This document shows positions 39,345-48,159 of a stretch of 64,000 bases of DNA, in pieces. The stretch covers positions 8,021 to 72,020 of the forward strand of contig JANNWR010000124.1 in NCBI GenBank assembly GCA_031408715.1, in the 5' to 3' direction. The DNA is from a bacterium. GTDB taxonomy: Bacteria > Eisenbacteria > RBG-16-71-46. The notes beneath the pieces are model-generated. The model did not search any database. It saw nothing but the letters and a program-made list of their open reading frames with translations, and was not told where the DNA came from. How positions within the stretch are numbered: the stretch's first letter is position 1; every line of letters begins with the position of its first letter. Made by a program: the position numbers and the translations under genes.

Positions 39345-40997
39345 CTATAGGCGGCTGCGGGAACCGGGCACAAGCGGCAGCCCACCGTCGTGCGGCCGGC
39401 GCAGGACCACCCGGGTCCTGCCCCACGAGGCCACTTTGGCGGGATGGTCCAGGTTGTAATGCAGCCCACGGCTCTCACGGCGCTTCGCCGCCGAAGCCAC
39501 GATGAGGCTGGCGACCACTGCGATGTTGCGCAACTCGACCAGGTCGGGCGACAGCCGCAGCCGCTCGTAATCACGCTCGATCTCGTCCGACAGCAGCGCC
39601 AGCCGGCGTGCCGCGAACGCCAGACGCTCGTCCGAACGCACGATACCGACCAGATCCCACATCACCCGCCGCACCGAATCCCAGTTGTGGTCACTGACCA
39701 CCGCTTCACGGGGCGGTCGCGTACCGGCGGCATGCCAGCGCTCGGCCCGGGGCGCGGCCGGCACATGGAGAAGACGGTCGCGCACTTCGGCGGCCGCGCG
39801 GTGAGCACCGACGAGGGCCTCGAGCAACGAGTTGCTCGCGAGCCGGTTCGCACCGTGCAGTCCGGTGCACGCCACCTCGCCGATGGCATAGAGCCCATTG
39901 AGATCGGTCCGTCCGCCGAGGGTGGCGCGCACCCCACCGCACATGTAGTGGGCCGCGGGCACCACCGGGATGGGGACGCGGCTCATGTCGAGTCCGAGCT
40001 CCCGCAGCCGGCCGTCGATGTTCGGAAAACGCTTGCGGATGCGAGCCGGCTTGACGTGCGTGAGGTCGAGCCAGACGTGCGGATCGCCGCGCTTCTTCAT
40101 CTCGCGGTCGATGGCCCGCGCCACGATGTCGCGCGGCGCCAGTTCGGCAAGCGGATGCACATCGGGCATGAATCGCGTGCCATCGAGCGTGCGCAGCACC
40201 GCGCCCTCGCCGCGCACCGCTTCGGAGATGAGGAACGTCCGCGCCAGCGGATGGTACAGGCAGGTCGGGTGGAACTGCATGAACTCGAGACTCTCGATAC
40301 TGGCCCCGGCGCGGTACGCCATGGCGAGGCCGTCGCCGGTCGCGACGTCGGGATTCGTGGTGTACAGGTAGACCTTGCCGCAGCCGCCGGTGGCCAGCAC
40401 GGTGGCGCGCGCGGTGACCGGCCGGATCCGGCGCGAAGCGCGGTCCATGACATAGGCGCCCCAGCACGTGTCGCCGCGACGCCGTCCAGCGCCCGAACGC
40501 GGTGTTTCCAGTCTCGATTCCATGATCAGGTCGACCCCGATCTGGTCCTCGAGCAACTCGATGTTCGGGTGCGCTCGCACCTGGTCGATGAGCGCGCTCT
40601 CGATCGCGCGACCCGTGAAATCCGTGGCGTGCACGATACGGCGATGCGAGTGCCCGCCCTCGCGCCCGAGCTCGAAACCACGGCGGCCTGTGCTGAAAGC
40701 AACGCCAAGTACCGCCAGTTCGCGCACCCGTTCGGGTGCTTCACGCACCACGGCCCGCACCACGTCGCGGTCGCACAGCCCGGCGCCGGCGCGTAGCGTG
40801 TCCGCCTCGTGGTGTGCGAAGTCGTCGTCACTGTCGAACACCGCCGCGATGCCACCTTGCGCCCAGTTGGTGTTGGAGTCGTCCGCGCGCTTCTTCGTGA
40901 GCACGAGCACACGCGCACCCCGTGCCGCCTCGAGCGCGAACATGAGGCCGCCGATGCCGCTGCCCAATACCAGCACGTCGACCCGCCGCGCGCTCAT
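39345..40997 (-). CDS. nadB: L-aspartate oxidase
   Basis: FAD motif DVLVLGSGIGGL, then NWAQGGIAAV, HPTCL and LHGANRLASNSLLE. The ATG at 40997 forms an ATGA overlap with the lpxK stop. Confidence 0.9.
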   Translation of the reverse strand: MSARRVDVLVLGSGIGGLMFALEAARGARVLVLTKKRADDSNTNWAQGGIAAVFDSDDDFAHHEADTLRAGAGLCDRDVVRAVVREAPERVRELAVLGVAFSTGRRGFELGREGGHSHRRIVHATDFTGRAIESALIDQVRAHPNIELLEDQIGVDLIMESRLETPRSGAGRRRGDTCWGAYVMDRASRRIRPVTARATVLATGGCGKVYLYTTNPDVATGDGLAMAYRAGASIESLEFMQFHPTCLYHPLARTFLISEAVRGEGAVLRTLDGTRFMPDVHPLAELAPRDIVARAIDREMKKRGDPHVWLDLTHVKPARIRKRFPNIDGRLRELGLDMSRVPIPVVPAAHYMCGGVRATLGGRTDLNGLYAIGEVACTGLHGANRLASNSLLEALVGAHRAAAEVRDRLLHVPAAPRAERWHAAGTRPPREAVVSDHNWDSVRRVMWDLVGIVRSDERLAFAARRLALLSDEIERDYERLRLSPDLVELRNIAVVASLIVASAAKRRESRGLHYNLDHPAKVASWGRTRVVLRRPHDGGLPLVPGSRSRL

Positions 40998-41944
40998 GAA
41001 CTTGCCCCCTCGATACGTGACTCCGCTTCTGCCCCACCCTGGCACCACTGCCAGCGCGTCCCAAGCACCGCGACGCGCTCGCGCGGCGCACCCGCGGGCC
41101 AGCGCACCGCATCCTTGGCGGTGAGCAACAGCGTTCCCGCTCCGGCCGCCGCATGTTCGCGAGCGCACTCGCTCCGGCTGAACCAATGATGATCACGGTA
41201 CGCGGACAGAGTCACCGGCGCGAATCCCGCTTCGGCCGCACTCGCGGCGACGGCATCGGGATTGCCCGTGGCGGTGAGCACTCGCGCCGCCCCCGCCGAG
41301 CTCACCGACGCCCCATCCAGCGTGTGCACTCCGGCGGGCACGTGACGTGCCGCGGCGACGAAGGCGGCCGGGGCGCGCCGACGGACCTGAGCCAGCCAGG
41401 GCTCGGGAGGCTCTTCCGCGCCGAGGCGCGACACCACCACCACACCCGCGCGCTGCAATGCACGCAGCGGTTCACGCAACCGGCCCGCGGGCAACAGCTC
41501 CCCGCCACCCCAGAGATCCGTGCGGTCCAGGAGCACGACATCGAGGTCGCGTTCGAGCGCCCAGTGCGAGAAGCCGTCGTCGACCAGCACGAGCGTGTGC
41601 CCCGCGGCGGCGGCCGCACGAGCCAGCAGACGCTTGTTCGTGCCCGCGAACGTGTGCTCGGCCCCGAGCGCTTGTTGGTACAACAGCTCTTCGTCCCCGC
41701 GCCCGCCGGGTCCAGGACGGTAGCGTCTCGTCACCGCCGCCACCGCCACCCCGCGTGCACGTGCCGCCGCGGCCAGGTGCAGCACCAGCGTGGTCTTGCC
41801 CGCTCCTCCAACCGACAGGTTGCCGATCGAGACCACGCGCGCGGCCACGCGCTCGGGTGTGAACAGTCCGATCTCGTAGGATCGCCGGCGGGTCTCCCAT
41901 GCGAACTCCGTGAGCCGCGCGAGCAGACTCAGCGCACCGGCCAT
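40994..41944 (-). CDS. lpxK: Tetraacyldisaccharide 4'-kinase
   Basis: P-loop region VVSIGNLSVGGAGKTTLVLHLA, then RGDEELL and LDDGFSH. I chose the ATG at 41944, which overlaps the waaA 3' end by 16 nt. The longer ORF to 42265 is Arg-rich and lies inside waaA. Confidence 0.8.
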   Translation of the reverse strand: MAGALSLLARLTEFAWETRRRSYEIGLFTPERVAARVVSIGNLSVGGAGKTTLVLHLAAAARARGVAVAAVTRRYRPGPGGRGDEELLYQQALGAEHTFAGTNKRLLARAAAAAGHTLVLVDDGFSHWALERDLDVVLLDRTDLWGGGELLPAGRLREPLRALQRAGVVVVSRLGAEEPPEPWLAQVRRRAPAAFVAAARHVPAGVHTLDGASVSSAGAARVLTATGNPDAVAASAAEAGFAPVTLSAYRDHHWFSRSECAREHAAAGAGTLLLTAKDAVRWPAGAPRERVAVLGTRWQWCQGGAEAESRIEGASS

Positions 41945-43179
41945 AGCCCCAACTCCATCAGACGGTCGACCGCTCGGGCCGCGGAGCCCCGTTCGGAACC
42001 CGCCACTCGCACCGCGGCCTGCGAGCGGATCGCGCGCAACTCCTCGTGGCCGAGTAACGCCTCGAACGCGCCCGCGAGGGCATGGTCGTCCGCGACGCAC
42101 CAGATCGCGCCGGCGGCCTCGAGTGCACGGACGCCTTCGCGTTGCGAGCCATGCCACGGACCGATGAGCACGGCGGCACCGCAAGCAGCCGGCTCCATCG
42201 GATTGTGGCCGCCGTAGGGCGCCAGACTGCCACCCACGAAGGCCACGTCGGCCGCGCGATACCACGACGTCAGCACACCCAAGCGCTCATCCCACCGCCA
42301 CGCGTCGGACGGCGCAGCGCCCGCCATCGCGGTGAGCCCCGCCGCGATCGCCTCGGCCTGGATCTGTGCCAGCGCGCGCGGGTGGCGCGGTACGGCGACC
42401 ACCTGCCAGCGTGCACGGAGCGCTGCGGGCACCGCGCGCCACGCACGCACGAGCAGCCGGGTCTCGCCCGGGCGCACGTTGCCGAGCACGAGCAGCGGGC
42501 GGTCGCGTTCGAGCCCGAGTGCGGCGCGTTCCGCACCGCGATCGGCGGCCGGCTCGGGCAGGCCGTCACTCTTCAGGTTGCCCACGATGGACGTCCGCTC
42601 GCTCTTCGCTCCGAGCGACAGCCAGCGCTGCTGGTCGTCCTCTCCCTGGCACAACACCGCGGCGAGCCCACCCACGAGCCGTCGGAACCCAGGACCCAGG
42701 CTGCGATAGCGCCGGGCCGAGCGCTCGGACAATCGCGCGCTGACGATGGCGACCGGGACTTCCTGCTGGCGTGCACGCAACAGCCAGTGCGGCCACAGTT
42801 CGGTCTCGATGAGGAACAGGCGTTCGGGGCCGACGCCATGGAAGAAGCGCCGCACCGCCTGCGGTGTATCGAGCGGGGCGAGCGAGGATCCGGGTTCGAG
42901 CGCGAGCAGGCGGCCACGGCCCGAGCGCGTCGTCGACGTGAGCTGGAAACGCGCGGCGCTGTGACGGGCACGAAGCTCGCGCACCAACGGGCCTGCCGCG
43001 ACCGCCTCCCCCATGGACGCAGAATGGACCCATGCGTCGCAACCACCCGGACGGGTGACCTGGCCAAGGCGCTCTCGCCACAGCACGCGCTCCGACGGCG
43101 ATGTGAACATGCCAGCGGCTGGCGCGAGTACCCCCAGGACCGGGGCCAGCGCCCGGTAGGTGCCCCACCACGGGTTCAT
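41929..43179 (-). CDS. waaA: 3-deoxy-D-manno-octulosonic acid (Kdo) transferase
   Basis: WVHSASMGEAVAAGPLVRELR, APLDTPQAVRRFF and LIETELWPHWL are KdtA/WaaA motifs. 416 aa. Confidence 0.85.
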   Translation of the reverse strand: MNPWWGTYRALAPVLGVLAPAAGMFTSPSERVLWRERLGQVTRPGGCDAWVHSASMGEAVAAGPLVRELRARHSAARFQLTSTTRSGRGRLLALEPGSSLAPLDTPQAVRRFFHGVGPERLFLIETELWPHWLLRARQQEVPVAIVSARLSERSARRYRSLGPGFRRLVGGLAAVLCQGEDDQQRWLSLGAKSERTSIVGNLKSDGLPEPAADRGAERAALGLERDRPLLVLGNVRPGETRLLVRAWRAVPAALRARWQVVAVPRHPRALAQIQAEAIAAGLTAMAGAAPSDAWRWDERLGVLTSWYRAADVAFVGGSLAPYGGHNPMEPAACGAAVLIGPWHGSQREGVRALEAAGAIWCVADDHALAGAFEALLGHEELRAIRSQAAVRVAGSERGSAARAVDRLMELGLWPVR

Positions 43180-43838
43180 AGGACTTCTCCCACCTGCTCG
43201 CGGTTGGCGAGATTGAGTTCACGTAGCGCGCTCTCGATCTCGCGCCGGATGACTTCGGGATCGGTCCCCGCCGGAGTCTCGCATGTGAGGGGGGCACCGT
43301 GCACGACGCGCACCCGTGCGAACGGCCGTGGCACCCGGAATCGGTCCCACGATCGCAGTGCCCACACGGGTTTGCTCGCGACTGCGATGGGTACGACGCG
43401 GAGCCGTGTGCGAGAGGCCACGTACACCAGCCCGGCTTTCACCTGTTCGGCCGGACCGCGCGGACCATCGGGCGTGATCGCCAGGGAGTGCCCGGACTCG
43501 GCCCACGCCATCAGTTCGCGCACGCCGGTCTCGCCACCGCGCGTGCTGGAGCCGCGGGCATTCACATAGCCGAGCCATTCATTGACACGCGCCATCAGCT
43601 CGCCGTCACGATGCCGGCTGACCAGTACGGCAATACCCTCGTTCTGGTGCACCAAGACAAGCGACAGCAGTCCCGAGTGCCAGAACGCGTAGACGAAACG
43701 CTCCCCCGCCCGCGCCGCCGCGGCGTACTCCGGAGCATCGGCACGCTCGAACCGCCACGTGGCGCCGATCAAGCGGATGATCGCTGCGCCGGTCCATGAC
43801 GCCAATGGGAACCACCACGGATGGCGTACCGCGGTCAC
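43176..43838 (-). CDS. DUF374-domain protein (LPLAT/lysophospholipid-acyltransferase-like superfamily)
   Basis: FVYAFWHSGLLSLVLV...VSRHRDGELMARV...ARGSSTRGG...GHSLAITPDGPRGP matches DUF374. The GTG start at 43838 forms a GTGA overlap with the lpxB stop. The 3' end overlaps the waaA start by 4 nt. The longer ORF to 44180 lies inside lpxB. Confidence 0.7.
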   Translation of the reverse strand: MTAVRHPWWFPLASWTGAAIIRLIGATWRFERADAPEYAAAARAGERFVYAFWHSGLLSLVLVHQNEGIAVLVSRHRDGELMARVNEWLGYVNARGSSTRGGETGVRELMAWAESGHSLAITPDGPRGPAEQVKAGLVYVASRTRLRVVPIAVASKPVWALRSWDRFRVPRPFARVRVVHGAPLTCETPAGTDPEVIRREIESALRELNLANREQVGEVL

Positions 43839-44989
43839 GACAGCCGTTCCCAGACCAACTCGGCGGCCCGACGCGAAGCGCCCGGGCCTCCGAGTCGCGT
43901 GCGCACCACGCCCAATGCCTCGCGGCGGCGCACAAGCTCTTCTCGGTCGCCGAGCCATGCGCCAAGGAGGGTGGCGACCGCTTGGGCGGTGAAGCCCTGC
44001 TGCAGCAGTTCCGGCGCGACCTCGCCACCCGCGACGATGTTCGGCAGGCCGATGTGCGGCAGCGTCAGCACGCGTTTGGCGATGGCGTGGTTGAGCCAGC
44101 CGACGCGATACACGATCACCAGCGGCGTGCCGAACAGTGCGGTCTCGAGCGTCGCTGTCCCGGAGGCCACGGCACAGCATGTCGCGTATGCCTGCACGGC
44201 ATGCGTGCGGCCAGTGACGACGCGCGCACTGGCCACGAGCTCACGCGGCAGTCCGTCCAGCGACAAGCCGTGCGCAAGTGCCAGCACCGGGACGACGCCG
44301 GCATGCGCCGCGGCGAGCTGGCGACCCGCTTCCAGCAGAGTGGCCGCATGCGCCTTGAGCTCACCCTTGCGGCTGCCAGGGAGCAGGCCCACGACACGCT
44401 GGCCGGGTGCGAGCCCCAACTCGGCGCGGAACGTGGCTTCGTCGGTCTCGGGTGCCAACTCGTCCAGCAATGGATGTCCCACGAATGTCGCGTTCACGCC
44501 GGCGGCCTTGAACAGTGGCTCCTCGAACGGGAACACCACGGCCAGCCGGTCGACCCAGCGCGCCATCTGTTGCGCGCGCTCGGCATGCCACGCCCACACC
44601 TGCGGCGCGATGTAGTACAGGACGCGCACGCCGCGCTTCTGGAGCTCGGGTCCCAGTCGCAGGTTGAAGCCGGGATAGTCCACCAGCAGCACCGCGTCCG
44701 GCTGGAAGCGCGCCACATCGGCGAGGATGGCCTTCCGCGCGCGCAGGATCACGGGCAGCTTGGCCACGATGCCGCTGAAGCCGATGACCGCGAGATCCTC
44801 CTGCGGCACGATCGTTTCCGCATCCGCGGCGCGCAGTTCCGGACCCGCGACCGCACGTACGCGCACGGCCCCGAGCTCGCGCAGCGCGCGCACCAGCCGG
44901 GCGGCGTGCGCGTCTCCAGAAGGTTCGCCGACCACCACGAGCAACCGCCGCTCGCGAGCAGCGGCCTGCTCGCTCAGGACACGGCCCAC
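43835..44989 (-). CDS. lpxB: Lipid-A-disaccharide synthase
   Basis: LLVVVGEPSGDAHAARLVRAL, DYPGFNLRL and TATLETALFGTPLVIVY are LpxB motifs. The GTG at 44989 overlaps the upstream gene by 16 nt. An alternative TTG at 44944 gives MLVVVGEPSGD. Confidence 0.85.
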   Translation of the reverse strand: MGRVLSEQAAARERRLLVVVGEPSGDAHAARLVRALRELGAVRVRAVAGPELRAADAETIVPQEDLAVIGFSGIVAKLPVILRARKAILADVARFQPDAVLLVDYPGFNLRLGPELQKRGVRVLYYIAPQVWAWHAERAQQMARWVDRLAVVFPFEEPLFKAAGVNATFVGHPLLDELAPETDEATFRAELGLAPGQRVVGLLPGSRKGELKAHAATLLEAGRQLAAAHAGVVPVLALAHGLSLDGLPRELVASARVVTGRTHAVQAYATCCAVASGTATLETALFGTPLVIVYRVGWLNHAIAKRVLTLPHIGLPNIVAGGEVAPELLQQGFTAQAVATLLGAWLGDREELVRRREALGVVRTRLGGPGASRRAAELVWERLS

Positions 44990-45957
44990 TGTCGGGCGCG
45001 GCGCCGCATCGCTTCACGCACTTGTTCGGCGATCGCCAGGGCATCCCGGCCGGCACGCGCCGAAGCCGCGCCGGCACCGTCGCCCCGTAACGACTTCACG
45101 AACGCGGTCAGCTCGAGCGTCAAGGGCTCGCCGGCGGGGATCTCGAGTTTGGTGCGCTGGATGCCCGCCAGGAGCGCCAGTGGATCGACCGCGCCGGGCT
45201 TGAACGAGCCCGGGTCCTTGATGACGAACGCCTCTCCCGACTTCTCGAACAGATCGACGCTGACGTAGGCGTCACGGGTGAAGAACCGGATACGGCGCAA
45301 GCGTTCGACCGAGACGCGGCTCGCGGTCAGGTTCGCGACACAGCCGTCGGCGAACTCGAGACGCGCGTTCGCGATGTCTTCCGTGCTGGACAGCACGTTC
45401 ACGCCGACGGCCGAAACATCCACGGGGTTCTGGCCGGTCAGGTGCAGGACCGCATCGATGTCGTGGATCATGAGGTCGCCGACCACATCGATGTCGAGCG
45501 AGCGCGGCTGGAATGCCGCCATGCGGTGGGCCTCGATGAACTTGGGCCCGCGCACGAACGGCCGGGCCGCGAGCAGCGCGGGATTGAAGCGCTCCACCTG
45601 CCCGACCTGCAGCACCTTGCCGGCCTTCTCCGCGGCCGCGATCATGGCATCGCATTCCGCCACGGTGACCGCCATCGGCTTCTCCACGAGGACGTGGCAG
45701 CCGGCCGCGAGTGCAGCCAGCGCCGCTTCGAGGTGCGACACCGTGGGTGTGGCGACCGAGACCGCCTCGCATTCGGCGAGCAGGGCGTCCGGTGTGTCGA
45801 ACACCCTGCCGCCGAACTGCGCGACCACCGCTGCGGCACGTTCGCGCGAGCGGTCGAAGACTCCGACGAACTGGGCTTCGGGGACGACGCCGTAGACACG
45901 GGCGTGCTTCTCGCCCCACACGCCGACGCCCCACACTCCACAGCGCACTGGCTTCAT
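44974..45957 (-). CDS. Gfo/Idh/MocA-family NAD(P)-dependent oxidoreductase
   Basis: Rossmann N-terminus CGVWGVGVWGEKHARVY and the family motif HVLVEKPMAVTVAECDAMIAAAEKAG. 327 aa, located between lpxA and lpxB. Confidence 0.8.
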   Translation of the reverse strand: MKPVRCGVWGVGVWGEKHARVYGVVPEAQFVGVFDRSRERAAAVVAQFGGRVFDTPDALLAECEAVSVATPTVSHLEAALAALAAGCHVLVEKPMAVTVAECDAMIAAAEKAGKVLQVGQVERFNPALLAARPFVRGPKFIEAHRMAAFQPRSLDIDVVGDLMIHDIDAVLHLTGQNPVDVSAVGVNVLSSTEDIANARLEFADGCVANLTASRVSVERLRRIRFFTRDAYVSVDLFEKSGEAFVIKDPGSFKPGAVDPLALLAGIQRTKLEIPAGEPLTLELTAFVKSLRGDGAGAASARAGRDALAIAEQVREAMRRRARQWAVS

Positions 45958-45977
45958 GCCGGCACTCCCATGCGCCG

Positions 45978-46841
45978 CTAGCGCGTGATGCCGCGCACCG
46001 ACGTCTCGCAGAAGCGAGCGAAGTGCTCGACTTCCGGCAGAGCCGGTAACTCGCGGCGGATGGTCTCGACGGCCTTGGAAACCGTGTGGCCGTCACGGAA
46101 GAAGATACGGTACGCGCGTTCAGCCCCTTCGACCGCCGCGCGCGGGACACCCCGCCGCGCCAGCCCGATGGAGTTGATGCCTGCGTTGCGCGGCGGACTT
46201 CCGGCGCATTTCACGAACGGCGCGATGTCCTGCGAGATGCGTGAGCCGCCGCCCACCATGGCGTGCCGACCGATGCGGGCGAACTGGTGCACGACCGTGC
46301 CGCCGCCGACGATGGCCCACGTGTCGACGACGACATAGCCCGCGAGTTGCACTGCATTCGCGAGAATCGCGCGGTCGCCGATCACGCAGTTGTGAGCGAC
46401 GTGCGAGTACGCCATGAACAGCGCGTGACTGCCGATGCGCGTGGCCTCCCCCGGGTCGGTCGCAAGATTGGCCGTGCAGTACTCACGGAACACGTTGTGA
46501 TCGCCGACCGTGAGGTACGACGGCTCGCCCGAGTACTTGAGGTCCTGCGGCGGCGAGCCCAGGACGGCGCCATGGTGAATGTGGTTGTCGGTGCCGATCG
46601 TGGTCCAGCCCGTCACCAGCGCATGCGAGTCGATGCGCGTGCGGTCCCCGACCTGCACGTACGGGCCGACGACAGCCCCGGGCCCGATGACGACACCGGT
46701 ACCGAGCTGCGCGCCCGGATCGACAAATGCTCCGGGATGGATCTGCACGGCTTTTCCTGAGCTCTTCGCGTTGCTCATCGATTCCTTCGCGTTGCTCATC
46801 GCTGCTTCCTTCGCGTTGCTCATCGCTTCCTCGGAGTGCAC
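45978..46841 (-). CDS. lpxA: Acyl-ACP--UDP-N-acetylglucosamine O-acyltransferase
   Basis: Left-handed beta-helix hexapeptide repeats begin at IHPGAFVDPGAQLGTGVVIGPGAVVGP. The C-terminal helical domain includes NSIGLARRG. The coordinate given is the longest ORF, starting at a GTG. Three in-frame ATGs at 46823, 46799 and 46778 each have their own SD (see the repeat feature). Confidence 0.9.
   Translation of the reverse strand: MHSEEAMSNAKEAAMSNAKESMSNAKSSGKAVQIHPGAFVDPGAQLGTGVVIGPGAVVGPYVQVGDRTRIDSHALVTGWTTIGTDNHIHHGAVLGSPPQDLKYSGEPSYLTVGDHNVFREYCTANLATDPGEATRIGSHALFMAYSHVAHNCVIGDRAILANAVQLAGYVVVDTWAIVGGGTVVHQFARIGRHAMVGGGSRISQDIAPFVKCAGSPPRNAGINSIGLARRGVPRAAVEGAERAYRIFFRDGHTVSKAVETIRRELPALPEVEHFARFCETSVRGITR
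46764..46829. repeat. Three tandem units (21, 24 and 21 nt) at the lpxA 5' end, each carrying an SD-like AAGGAA/GAGGAA plus ATG AGC AAC GCG AAG
   Basis: On the minus strand the units read GAAGCGATGAGCAACGCGAAG, GAAGCAGCGATGAGCAACGCGAAG and GAATCGATGAGCAACGCGAAG. They map to 46829-46809, 46808-46785 and 46784-46764, and encode MSNAKE(A)A / MSNAKES / MSNAK. Confidence 0.85.
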
Positions 46842-46842
46842 G

Positions 46843-48159
46843 TCACGGGCGGCGGTCCACGACAGTGGCGAGCAGGTCGGCTTCGGCCACGAGCAGTCCG
46901 TCGACGAACGCTTCGCCGCGCATCTTCATCGTGCGGCGCTTCACCGACAGCAGCGTGAGCTTGAAATGCAGCTGGTCTCCCGGTACCACCGGGCGGCGGA
47001 ACTTCGCGCCGTCGATGCCCATGAAGTACATGAGTTTGTTGCCCGGATCCTCGACCGAGTTCAGCATCAGCATGCCGCCGACCTGCGCCATGGCCTCGAG
47101 GATGAGCACCGCGGGCATGACCGGGTGACCCGGGAAGTGCCCCTGGAAGAACGGCTCGTTGATCGTGACGTTCTTGAACCCCTCGATACTGCGACCTTCC
47201 TCGATGTTCGTGATGCGGTCGACGAGCAGAAAGGGATATCGGTGCGGCATCAGATCCATGATCGCCGTCGTGTCCCACTCTTCCGGCGGGCCGCCCGGCC
47301 GGCGGCCCGGCAGTGGCAAAGTCTCCTTGAGCGTCTTCACGAACGCGACGTGGCCCTGATGCCCCGAACGCTTGGCGCTGACATGCCCGAGCAGCGGCCC
47401 GCCGAGGATGAAGAGGTCGCCGAGCAGGTCGAGGATCTTGTGGCGAACGAACTCGTCCGGGTAGCGCAGCGTCTCCTCGTTGTGGATCTTGTCCTTGCCC
47501 ACGACCACGGCGCTCTCGATCCGGCCGCCCTTGATCCAGCCCGACTGGCGCAGCAACTCGAGATCGCGTTCGAGCACGAACGTCCGCGCGGGCGCGATCT
47601 CGGCCATGAACGACTCCGGCGTGATCTCGATGCTGCGCTCCTGCACTCCGATCAATGGGTGGTCGTACTCGATGCGGAACGTCAGCCGGAAGCCCTTGTG
47701 CGGCACTGCCGAAAGTTCGACCGCGCCATCGGCGTAGCGCACCGGCTTGCTCACCTTGATGTGCCGGGTCGGCTTGTCCTGGTCGACGATGCCGGCGGCC
47801 ACGAGCGCGTTCGCCACCGGCAGTGCGCTGCCGTCGGTCTCGGGGACTTCCATCGTGTTCATCTCGACGATCAGGTTGTCGATCCCCAGGCCCGCGACTG
47901 CGGCGAGCACGTGCTCCATGGTGTGCACCTGCACGCCGTCCTGCTGGAGGATCGTGCGCCGGCCGGCACCCGGATCGAAATGCGCGTTCTCGGGACGCAC
48001 CCGCACTTCCGGACGGTTCGGCAGGTCGGTGCGCACGAAGCGCACGCCGTGCCCCACCGGTGCCGGCAGGAAATGCAACGTGCCGTGTTCACCCGTGTGC
48101 AGACCGACGCCCTCGATCATGGCGGTGTTCTTCACTGTTCGCTGCGGCCGTCCACTCAA
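46843..48159 (-). CDS. lpxC: Bifunctional UDP-3-O-acyl-N-acetylglucosamine deacetylase / 3-hydroxyacyl-ACP dehydratase (LpxC-FabZ fusion)
   Basis: LpxC part: QRTVKNTAMIEGVGLHTGE, HTMEHVLAA and FVRHKILDLLGDL. FabZ part: LMPHRYPFLLVDRI, NEPFFQGHFPGHPVMP and GVL..EAMAQ. The TTG start at 48159 forms a TTGA overlap with the lpxD stop, with AAGGAGAG 8 nt upstream. The longer ORF to 48786 lies inside lpxD. Confidence 0.9.
   Translation of the reverse strand: MSGRPQRTVKNTAMIEGVGLHTGEHGTLHFLPAPVGHGVRFVRTDLPNRPEVRVRPENAHFDPGAGRRTILQQDGVQVHTMEHVLAAVAGLGIDNLIVEMNTMEVPETDGSALPVANALVAAGIVDQDKPTRHIKVSKPVRYADGAVELSAVPHKGFRLTFRIEYDHPLIGVQERSIEITPESFMAEIAPARTFVLERDLELLRQSGWIKGGRIESAVVVGKDKIHNEETLRYPDEFVRHKILDLLGDLFILGGPLLGHVSAKRSGHQGHVAFVKTLKETLPLPGRRPGGPPEEWDTTAIMDLMPHRYPFLLVDRITNIEEGRSIEGFKNVTINEPFFQGHFPGHPVMPAVLILEAMAQVGGMLMLNSVEDPGNKLMYFMGIDGAKFRRPVVPGDQLHFKLTLLSVKRRTMKMRGEAFVDGLLVAEADLLATVVDRRP

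Noticed and set aside
46764-46841. The repeated peptide reads ...MSNAKE..MSNAKE..MSNAK, spelling an English word. I considered whether it is an artificial watermark or insert.
   Set aside because: Codon usage, GC content and SD spacing match the surrounding genome. The units differ by a 3-nt indel and point changes, as expected for natural slipped-strand duplication. I treat the word as coincidence and report the repeat itself as a finding.
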